The translations under genes and the position numbers were made by a program. A DNA stretch of 32,000 nucleotides from Nitrososphaerota archaeon. Its GTDB lineage: Archaea; Thermoproteota; Nitrososphaeria; Nitrososphaerales; UBA57. The DNA lies in the NCBI GenBank assembly GCA_013378385.1, contig JACAFS010000002.1:6755-38754 (forward strand), in the 5' to 3' direction. Positions 25,363 through 32,000 of this stretch are shown piece after piece. The notes below the pieces were generated by a model. The model worked only from the letters and a program-made list of their open reading frames with translations. It did not search any database and had not been told where the DNA came from. Every line of letters starts with the position of its first letter. Position 1 is the stretch's first letter.

Positions 25363-26364
25363 TCAATCTTGAGATTCATTTTTTGTCCAAAGTTTGGGAT
25401 AAGTGCCAGGTTTCATTATTACTCTTTTAGTTTTACAAGCAATTCCTTTTTTATTTTTAGTAATATCATCAGAAGACATTAGAGATTCGGCAAGAGCAAT
25501 TAATTCACCTTTTTGGGATAACACAGCAATATTTTCAGACATTGAGATTTCTTTAGATAGGTTTAGAATTCCAGGGATGGCCAACTGTGCTCCATGGCAT
25601 AATGAATCAATAGCAGAGCATCTCACAGTAATAGACTTTAATGGTTTAGTAATAAATTCAACAGGATGAACAAGTTCTCTAAATCTAGTTTCGTCGTTCT
25701 CTTTTTGTAGTCTGTATATAGCATCACTTAACTCATGCAATCCTACAAAATTACTATCTTCATTAATGTGCATAACACGAGTGCGTCGTAATTCAATCAT
25801 AGTAGCACCGCATTCCATTATTTCTCCAATATCATATATTAATTTACGAATATACGTTCCTGCTTCGCAGAGTACACGTATACATATGAGTCTACTAGTA
25901 TCATCTAAAACTTTAATATCGTAAATATTTCGAATTCGTGTTTGGCGTTTTACTGCAGAACGTTGCGGAGGTCTTTGATAAATAGGTCCTTTGAATTGAT
26001 TTATACAATCATATAGTTTAGTTTGATTTACGCTATTATGTAAACGGATGATTGCAACGTATTCCTTAGGACCGTATAATAAAATAGGTAAGGCTTTCGT
26101 TGCATTGCCAAGACTAATCGGTAACAACCCAGTAACCATTGGATCAAGTGTTCCACTATGTCCAGCTTTAGTGTATTTTAACATAGATTTTACCCAAGAT
26201 ACAACTTGATGACTAGTAGGACCAGATTGTTTGTCGATAAATATTATACAATTATCAATTAAATCGTCAATGGATCGTTTATCTGGATATGAACCAGAAT
26301 CAAGAATATCAGGTTCTTCATTGAGAATAATCTGTTCGTTATTGTTTGTTTTAGAGTGATTCAT
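25363..26364 (-). CDS. cbf5: tRNA/rRNA pseudouridine synthase Cbf5 (H/ACA RNP catalytic subunit)
   Basis: TruB catalytic motif AGHSGTLDPMVTGLLPI and a C-terminal PUA-like region. Overlaps the cmk end by 14 nt. Confidence 0.9.
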   Translation of the reverse strand: MNHSKTNNNEQIILNEEPDILDSGSYPDKRSIDDLIDNCIIFIDKQSGPTSHQVVSWVKSMLKYTKAGHSGTLDPMVTGLLPISLGNATKALPILLYGPKEYVAIIRLHNSVNQTKLYDCINQFKGPIYQRPPQRSAVKRQTRIRNIYDIKVLDDTSRLICIRVLCEAGTYIRKLIYDIGEIMECGATMIELRRTRVMHINEDSNFVGLHELSDAIYRLQKENDETRFRELVHPVEFITKPLKSITVRCSAIDSLCHGAQLAIPGILNLSKEISMSENIAVLSQKGELIALAESLMSSDDITKNKKGIACKTKRVIMKPGTYPKLWTKNESQD

Positions 26365-26908
26365 TTATGGAACTAATAACAGATTTACAAACTTGATTAA
26401 TATTCATATCGTTTGTATCAATAATTATATCAAAAACTGATAGATCAGTACCTAATTTCATACTGTATAATTTCTCATAAATTTGTTGATTTTTTGTATC
26501 TCGTTCATTAACGATTTTAGTAGATTCTTCGAGAGAAACGGTATCACGAGATCTTAATCGAATAGACCGGTTCTCCTTTGAGGCTTCGAGCCAAATAGAG
26601 ATTCCATTTGAAGTCAACCAAGGAAGAGTATAACTAGTAAGAACTACATCTCCTTGATTTAATAAATCCATCAAACGTTGATCTACAAGTTTGTCGAAGG
26701 AGGAGTCTTGCATTCGATTTGCCAGGAATTTCATTCCGTCGTTGTTATCCCACCAATCAAGACCGGAAATACTAAATCCTTCTTCTTTTGCAATTTCTTT
26801 AAGCATATCGCCGCCGGAATAATATTTAATACCAAATTCTTTACAAAGTGAATTTGCAATAGTAGTTTTACCGACAGCAGGCATTCCTGATAAAATAATT
26901 CCTTTCAT
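26351..26908 (-). CDS. cmk: cytidylate kinase, archaeal type
   Basis: P-loop SGMPAVGKTT; 185 aa. Its position after adk in the secY-adk-cmk arrangement is conserved. Confidence 0.8.
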   Translation of the reverse strand: MKGIILSGMPAVGKTTIANSLCKEFGIKYYSGGDMLKEIAKEEGFSISGLDWWDNNDGMKFLANRMQDSSFDKLVDQRLMDLLNQGDVVLTSYTLPWLTSNGISIWLEASKENRSIRLRSRDTVSLEESTKIVNERDTKNQQIYEKLYSMKLGTDLSVFDIIIDTNDMNINQVCKSVISSINESL

Positions 26909-26918
26909 GAAGAAAACT

Positions 26919-27500
26919 CTAATCTATACCCAAGGAGTTAACAATTGATTCTGCAGCTTCTTTAGATTTTCCATCTGAATTAAGTACAACCAACAATGAT
27001 GCGCTAGTAAGTATACCTGCAGAAGACAGCATACTTCGTGCAATTTGATTATCAAGTTCAATTGATTCGATAGTTGTAGAATCTCTATTACGTGTAGGAT
27101 CGTTAGATCTTCTATCAAGTACATCCCGAGGTAAAGCTTCTACAAGAATAAGATTAGTTGGAAGAAGAGACTCCAATATAGGAAGAGGTAAACCAGGCAT
27201 ATAACCAGAAGTGGTTTTGATAAATAAGTGAGTGTCAATTACAACAACATCAGAATCAATATTTGCAATAGATTTTGCAGCATTAATTTGTAATTCTTGT
27301 TGTTTGTCAGTAGACAAGGTTCTCATTTCATCACGATCAGAAATTCCAAGTTTTTGAGCTTCTTCAAACATGATTGTTCCGAAAGTAAGATTATCAACTT
27401 TAACATCTTTCTGTGCAAGAAGTGATAGCACTTCATTAACTACTGTGGTTTTTCCAACTCCGGCAATTCCAACAATAACAACACGTTTAGTGTTTGACAT
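26919..27500 (-). CDS. adk: adenylate kinase, archaeal type
   Basis: P-loop VGIAGVGKTT, DRDEMR and VVIDTH..GYMPGLP motifs characteristic of archaeal AdkA. Confidence 0.9.
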   Translation of the reverse strand: MSNTKRVVIVGIAGVGKTTVVNEVLSLLAQKDVKVDNLTFGTIMFEEAQKLGISDRDEMRTLSTDKQQELQINAAKSIANIDSDVVVIDTHLFIKTTSGYMPGLPLPILESLLPTNLILVEALPRDVLDRRSNDPTRNRDSTTIESIELDNQIARSMLSSAGILTSASLLVVLNSDGKSKEAAESIVNSLGID

Positions 27501-27506
27501 AAAGAA

Positions 27507-28919
27507 TCAATCCTTGCCGAGGAAACTGGCCAATCCAGGCATCATCGTCTCTAATCTTTCTTTCATGAGAAGTTGATAATAATTAATGAATATGCTGACC
27601 ATAAGCAATATACCGGTTCCTCCTCCAAATACACCTAAGATATCGGATACAGAAGCTAATAATCCCATAAGTATTCCTCCAATAATAGTAATAACTGGAA
27701 TGTATCGATCAAGAAGTACTTCAAGAGATCCTTCTGAACGACGGAATCCAGGAACCTGAACATTTGCACCAAGTAGTTTGGTTGCCACGGCTTTTGAACC
27801 AAGGCCTCCTATTTCTACCCAGACACGAGCAAAGATAGTACACGCTACTACATAAAATAATACATATGTTAGTGCTCTTAATGGTTCAACAGACAATACT
27901 TCGATACCACGAGGAGGAGAAACATAGTATGCAAATCCTCCAATAGGACCTGCAGCAGGATCTGCGACATTAAACTGTGCAAATAGATTTAGGATTGTAC
28001 TACTATTGGCGGGATTAAATCTAGACCAGACAATTTGAGCAAAGAATGTAAGATTGGCCAATAAAGCGCCTGTAAGAATAACAGGCAAAACAGAGACGTA
28101 TAATAATTTGATTGGATAAGTTCCTTGAAAACCTCTATATTTAGTAGAAGTAATTGGAATCTCAATCCTGATTCCTTCTGCGTATACAATCAACCCGATT
28201 ACAGCAACAGTAAGTAATAAAGTAACTAAACTAGGAAGACCGCCAGGACGTAATAATATACTTTCTGGAGAACTAGAAAGAAGTGTAGAAATAGCGTGAG
28301 GAATTATTCCAAAGTAAGTACTGCCTGCAGGAATTAATGCAAATACACTCCAAAATATTGTTTGTGATACACCAGCGGCAATAAATAAACTGATGCCACT
28401 TCCAAGCCCCCATCCTTTTTGAATTAATTCGTCCAAGAGTATGACAATAAGGCCAGCAAACATAATTTGAGCAATAATTGTGACAGCAGTAGGAAATGGT
28501 AGATTTTGTCCAAATGAACCACCAATCATAAAAGCTACAGCTTCTGCAAATGTTACTATAAGTGCAAGAATTTTAGTACCTGCAGAGAATAAAGCACGAT
28601 CGTCAGGTTTTTTAAAATCTAATTTGATTATTTCTGCGCCTTTTAATAATTGTAAGATTAAACCAGCAGTAACAATAGGGCCGATTCCGAGAGTCATTAA
28701 TGTGCCTTGAGAAGAGGCAAAGATAATTGCAGTATAGGACATTTGATCATCTGCTCCTGATGCAACGCCGTATAATGGGATTTGGGCCATAATAAGATAA
28801 GTAGTAACTGCAACTGCAGTCCAAAGTAATCTATTAGTAAGAGCGGACTTGACTTTAGGTTTCTCTACCTCAGGTAGAATTGATGCAACTTGTCGAACAA
28901 AGTCAGTGACTATTCCCAA
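27507..28919 (-). CDS. secY: preprotein translocase subunit SecY
   Basis: 470 aa with 10 hydrophobic helices and an N-terminus ILPEVEKPKVKSALTNRLLWT. TTG start, with no in-frame ATG near the conserved N-terminus. Confidence 0.95.
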   Translation of the reverse strand: MGIVTDFVRQVASILPEVEKPKVKSALTNRLLWTAVAVTTYLIMAQIPLYGVASGADDQMSYTAIIFASSQGTLMTLGIGPIVTAGLILQLLKGAEIIKLDFKKPDDRALFSAGTKILALIVTFAEAVAFMIGGSFGQNLPFPTAVTIIAQIMFAGLIVILLDELIQKGWGLGSGISLFIAAGVSQTIFWSVFALIPAGSTYFGIIPHAISTLLSSSPESILLRPGGLPSLVTLLLTVAVIGLIVYAEGIRIEIPITSTKYRGFQGTYPIKLLYVSVLPVILTGALLANLTFFAQIVWSRFNPANSSTILNLFAQFNVADPAAGPIGGFAYYVSPPRGIEVLSVEPLRALTYVLFYVVACTIFARVWVEIGGLGSKAVATKLLGANVQVPGFRRSEGSLEVLLDRYIPVITIIGGILMGLLASVSDILGVFGGGTGILLMVSIFINYYQLLMKERLETMMPGLASFLGKD

Positions 28920-28921
28920 TA

Positions 28922-29332
28922 CTAAGACCTCGGTGAGATTTTTCCGCCAGCTTTTTCAATTTTTGATTGTGCTTGTTTAGTAAATGATGTGACCAGCAAT
29001 TCATATGAACCTTGTACTGAACCAGAACCAAGTAACTTTTCATAACCAAGTTTTTCTAAATCAATAGGAGTATTGGATTTAGAATGTAAGAATAATCCAT
29101 CCAAATCTCCTACGTTAATCCATTTTTTTACAATTTTACGAGTAGGTGGATTAAGAGAAGGTTTTGTAAAATGATCAGGGTCATACTTAACAGTCCAACT
29201 CCATTTATATTTCATCAATCCTGCATTTCCTCTTCCGCCAGGATGAGATCTATGGCCTTTAACTTGTCCCCAGCCATGGGATCTTGAACCACGTAATTTC
29301 CTGATTTTTCTATGTCTTGTTCCCATTTCCAT
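28922..29332 (-). CDS. rpl15: ribosomal protein L15 (uL15)
   Basis: RKLRGSRSHGWGQVKGHRSHPGGRGNAG. ATG at 29332; an in-frame GTG at 29335 is used by the ORF track. Confidence 0.9.
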   Translation of the reverse strand: MEMGTRHRKIRKLRGSRSHGWGQVKGHRSHPGGRGNAGLMKYKWSWTVKYDPDHFTKPSLNPPTRKIVKKWINVGDLDGLFLHSKSNTPIDLEKLGYEKLLGSGSVQGSYELLVTSFTKQAQSKIEKAGGKISPRS

Positions 29333-29336
29333 CACT

Positions 29337-29804
29337 TTATATCATATTTGAGATTAACTTAGGAAGATCAGGATTATAACCCAATGTTCCTCCTTGAGCA
29401 TACATTCTTCTAGTAGATTTTCGGAAACCTCCTTTTGGCGGAGATAAACGAAATGAAGGTTTAAGATTAGAAATAGAAGATAAATTAATTTTAGCTTCGC
29501 TTAGTGCTTTAGCCAAGTCTGCAATATTTGTATAACCATCTTCTTTCGCAAGATCTGCATCATATTTAATTGAATTAGACTTTTCGCCACGAGTAGTTAT
29601 CAATGATTCAATAATAGAAGAATCGGCATTTGTCCAAGCAACATGATTTTTAACAGTTTGTAACATTCCTTTAGAAATAGGAGTATCAGGAATTATAGTA
29701 GCACGAAAACGAGATTCAAGATGAAGATGATGAAGAGTAGTTTTAACACTACTGTTTTGGTTAATGGTGCCACGAAGATTAACAACTATAAATGCCGACA
29801 TCAT
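29337..29804 (-). CDS. rpl30: ribosomal protein L30 (uL30)
   Basis: 155 aa with an archaeal/eukaryotic L7-like sequence (VVNLRGTINQNSSVKTTLHHLHL). Operon position is between S5 and L15. Confidence 0.9.
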   Translation of the reverse strand: MMSAFIVVNLRGTINQNSSVKTTLHHLHLESRFRATIIPDTPISKGMLQTVKNHVAWTNADSSIIESLITTRGEKSNSIKYDADLAKEDGYTNIADLAKALSEAKINLSSISNLKPSFRLSPPKGGFRKSTRRMYAQGGTLGYNPDLPKLISNMI

Positions 29805-29807
29805 AAA

Positions 29808-30554
29808 TCACTGCAAACTCATACTATGAAGTTGTCTAATTGAATCATATACAGCATTAGCTACTGAAGGCATAGTACTAGTTGATCCAAAACTTTTAGA
29901 CCATACATCTTTCACTCCAGCTAATGCAAGTAAATTACGAATAGTCTCTCCAGCAACTAATCCAAGTCCTTTGGGACCAGGAATTAATTCAATTTTAACA
30001 CTGCCGCCTCTTCCAACAGTACGATAAGGAATTGAATGATTTGTTCCGCATCTACATTCCCAGCTGCCGCAGCCCAATTTAACAGGAATTATGTTAAGTA
30101 AAGCATTTTGAGTTGCACTGTCTATAGCATTTTTTAGTTGGGGTTTTTTACCGGTTCCTACACCAAACCATCCATTTTCGTCGCCAACTGCTACGACAGA
30201 TTTGAATCGAGTAGACTCCCCTGCATCAGTTTGTTTTTGAACTACGCCGACATGGACTACCAATGATTTAATGTCAGGCATTAATTTATTTACAATTTCA
30301 TATTCTTTGATTTTCCATCCATTTTGGAATATTGTATCTAGTGATTGAACTGAACCGGATTGGACCAGAGTTCCTAAACGGGTACGTGGAAGCCATATTT
30401 TTTCAGGTTCTGGTTGTCGAGGACGACGATTACCGCGACGATCACCGCGACGATCACCGCGACGATCGTCACGACGGCCATTACCAGTAGATTTTTCATT
30501 TGGCTTTGAAGTCTCAGCAGCTGGTTTATCTTTGTTTGTTTGTTGTTCACTCAT
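29808..30554 (-). CDS. rps5: ribosomal protein S5 (uS5) with an Arg/Gly/Asp-rich N-terminal extension
   Basis: Core motifs VVQKQTDAGESTRFK and PVKLGCGSWECRCGTNHSIP. ATG at 30554; an alternative GTG at 30563 overlaps the L18 stop (GTGA). Confidence 0.9.
   Translation of the reverse strand: MSEQQTNKDKPAAETSKPNEKSTGNGRRDDRRGDRRGDRRGNRRPRQPEPEKIWLPRTRLGTLVQSGSVQSLDTIFQNGWKIKEYEIVNKLMPDIKSLVVHVGVVQKQTDAGESTRFKSVVAVGDENGWFGVGTGKKPQLKNAIDSATQNALLNIIPVKLGCGSWECRCGTNHSIPYRTVGRGGSVKIELIPGPKGLGLVAGETIRNLLALAGVKDVWSKSFGSTSTMPSVANAVYDSIRQLHSMSLQ
30425..30472. repeat. 12-bp tandem repeat, 4 copies, inside rps5
   Basis: GACGATTACCGC, GACGATCACCGC, GACGATCACCGC, GACGATCGTCAC. The minus strand encodes RRGD/RRGN/RRDD units. 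It is a GC-rich island in AT-rich DNA. Confidence 0.9.
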
Positions 30555-30559
30555 AATTA

Positions 30560-31039
30560 TCACCCATATTTAGAATTTATTTCTTCGATTATCTTTTGTG
30601 TGGTATCTGTTTTGAATTTTTCGCTATCAGGAAATATATCATTATTGGCAGGAATATCAATACCTGCATCAATAACGCCTTTCAATGCATAAATAATCTT
30701 TGAACCTGAGCTAAATTCTCGTCTTCCGATATATAGAATAGCTTTATCTAAACCTGTAGATTTTGCTTTTTTGCCTGCAAGATATCCAGTGAGATATAAT
30801 CCATGAAGACTTTTTCCTGAACCTTTCCATCCAAGTTTAGTAATTTGGCTAGAATGACTAGAACTTTTGACTGAATCACCTTCAATCTTTGGTTCAATAA
30901 ATTGAAATGTTGAATGTTTATTACTAATTCGAATAGAAAGAATTACAGATCTAGAAATAATCATGGATTTACGTTTTGAATAATCAGTTTGGCCTGTTCG
31001 TCTTCGTTTAAATATAGGAACATGTGTATTGCGGGTCAT
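30560..31039 (-). CDS. rpl18: ribosomal protein L18 (uL18)
   Basis: FKRRRTGQTDYSKRKSMI N-terminus typical of archaeal L18/eukaryotic L5. Operon position fits. Confidence 0.9.
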   Translation of the reverse strand: MTRNTHVPIFKRRRTGQTDYSKRKSMIISRSVILSIRISNKHSTFQFIEPKIEGDSVKSSSHSSQITKLGWKGSGKSLHGLYLTGYLAGKKAKSTGLDKAILYIGRREFSSGSKIIYALKGVIDAGIDIPANNDIFPDSEKFKTDTTQKIIEEINSKYG

Positions 31040-31044
31040 GATAA

Positions 31045-31488
31045 CTAATTCTCCCTTTTACGTTCAGTAATTAATTCAATCAGATGTTTAACAGAACGTA
31101 TGCCACCTGAGCTTGACATTTTATATAATTCCCAGAATGATGCGTTAGAAATTTCTTGTCGGTCCCTAGAAATTTTCAAGCGTTTTCGTTGAGCACGAAC
31201 TTTTATCATCCAACGACTTTTTTTAGATAAACGAGAATATTTTGCACCTTCTTTAGAACCTTGTGTTCGTCCACGCTTTACTTTTTTCTTTTTCTGTCTT
31301 TGTCGACCACGAGAAATACCTTGTTTTTTAGGAATTGTAACAATATCATCTTTCTTAAGACTTCGCATACTACCGCGTGTGATTGCATCGTCCAGTTTAT
31401 CAACTTCTTTTGAGTTTATTTTGAGTCGATTCTGTCCAACGCCAAACACTCGTGATGCAAGTTTTTTCTTAGTTTTTAGATTAGTCAA
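31045..31488 (-). CDS. rpl19e: ribosomal protein L19e
   Basis: LKTKKKLASRVFGVGQNRLKIN and RGRQRQKKKKVKRGR. TTG start 2 nt after the L32e stop. Confidence 0.9.
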   Translation of the reverse strand: MTNLKTKKKLASRVFGVGQNRLKINSKEVDKLDDAITRGSMRSLKKDDIVTIPKKQGISRGRQRQKKKKVKRGRTQGSKEGAKYSRLSKKSRWMIKVRAQRKRLKISRDRQEISNASFWELYKMSSSGGIRSVKHLIELITERKREN

Positions 31489-31490
31489 TT

Positions 31491-32000
31491 CTATTTACTC
31501 CTATGTAGATTTCCTTTATTTAATATTTTAAATCCAAGTTTATCTGCTTCATTAATGATTAATAATCTATATCTTTTTCCAATTTTTGCTGATAATCTAA
31601 TAGCATCGTTAGATGGATCGAGGTTTTTTAATCCGTCAATGTTATGTATCAATATATCATTATATCCAGAAGGATGTAATCCACGAACGGCTTTGGGGCC
31701 TCTATATCCAATTTTAACAATTGCAGGCCAACTTTTCTTTTGAATTCTCATAAAACTATCAAAACCTTTAGGTTTTCGCCAGCGCGAATCAATTCTTTTA
31801 AATCTCCATGATTCTTGTGCTCGAAAAGTAGGTCGTTTTTTATTTATTTGTGATCGTAAAGATAAATAATCAGATTTAGATTTAATGGTTTTTTCTGTTG
31901 CAGCCTTTGGTTTAGCAGCCTTTGGTTTAGCAGCCTTTGGTTTAGCAGCCTTTGGTTTAGCAGCCTTTGGTTTAGCAGCCTTTGGTTTAGCAGCCTTTGG
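31491..32000 (-). CDS. rpl32e: ribosomal protein L32e, 5'-partial (runs off the window), with an N-terminal (KPKAA)n repeat
   Basis: The ORF track begins at an internal Met (31751). The same frame stays open to position 32000 and encodes ...KPKAAKPKAATEKTIKSKSDYLSLRSQINKKRPTFRAQESWRFKRIDSRWRKPKGFDSFMRIQKK..., which contains the conserved L32e W-R-K-P-[KR]-G motif upstream of that Met. Confidence 0.85.
   Translation of the reverse strand, partial: PKAAKPKAAKPKAAKPKAAKPKAAKPKAAKPKAATEKTIKSKSDYLSLRSQINKKRPTFRAQESWRFKRIDSRWRKPKGFDSFMRIQKKSWPAIVKIGYRGPKAVRGLHPSGYNDILIHNIDGLKNLDPSNDAIRLSAKIGKRYRLLIINEADKLGFKILNKGNLHRSK
31900..32000. repeat. perfect 15-bp tandem repeat, at least 6.7 copies, truncated by the window end
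   Basis: GCAGCCTTTGGTTTA starts at 31900, 31915, 31930, 31945, 31960, 31975 and 31990 with no substitutions. The minus strand encodes KPKAA per unit, in frame with L32e. Confidence 0.95.

Overview
This is an AT-rich archaeal chromosomal segment, dense in housekeeping genes. Eukaryote-type ribosomal proteins (P0/P1, L19e, L32e, L30), Spt5, Cbf5, archaeal-type Adk/Cmk, DTD2 and intron-containing tRNAs mark it as archaeal. The base composition, frequent TTG/GTG starts and non-canonical tRNA introns suggest a Nitrosopumilus-like thaumarchaeon, which is an inference only.

The window holds two conserved ribosomal/translocation clusters on the minus strand:
- secE-spt5-L11-L1-P0
- L32e-L19e-L18-S5-L30-L15-secY-adk-cmk-cbf5-tRNA-Ser

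It also carries leuS-alaS, ilvC, tatC/tatA, a DUF106 insertase, hisC, an OCD-family enzyme, an SDR, a Nudix hydrolase, a Ni/Co transporter, a Na+/H+ antiporter, an E1-alpha subunit, a TrmB regulator, two SPPY-type amino-methyltransferases and a few hypothetical proteins.

I found no convincing multi-gene novel system such as a defence island, CRISPR array or mobile element. The observations most worth follow-up are single-locus oddities:
- a half-size HEAT protein carrying the two His-Glu dyads typical of deoxyhypusine hydroxylase
- a GC-rich 67-nt structured intergenic element with C/D-box-like motifs
- a tail-less P0 ending inside a 26-bp tandem repeat, next to an inverted P1 gene
- perfect (KPKAA)n and (DRRG)n repeat extensions on L32e and S5
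- multi-intron tRNAs
- an unannotated secE
- two methyltransferases with no nuclease partner

All protein calls rest on motifs I recognise in the supplied translations. No database search was run.
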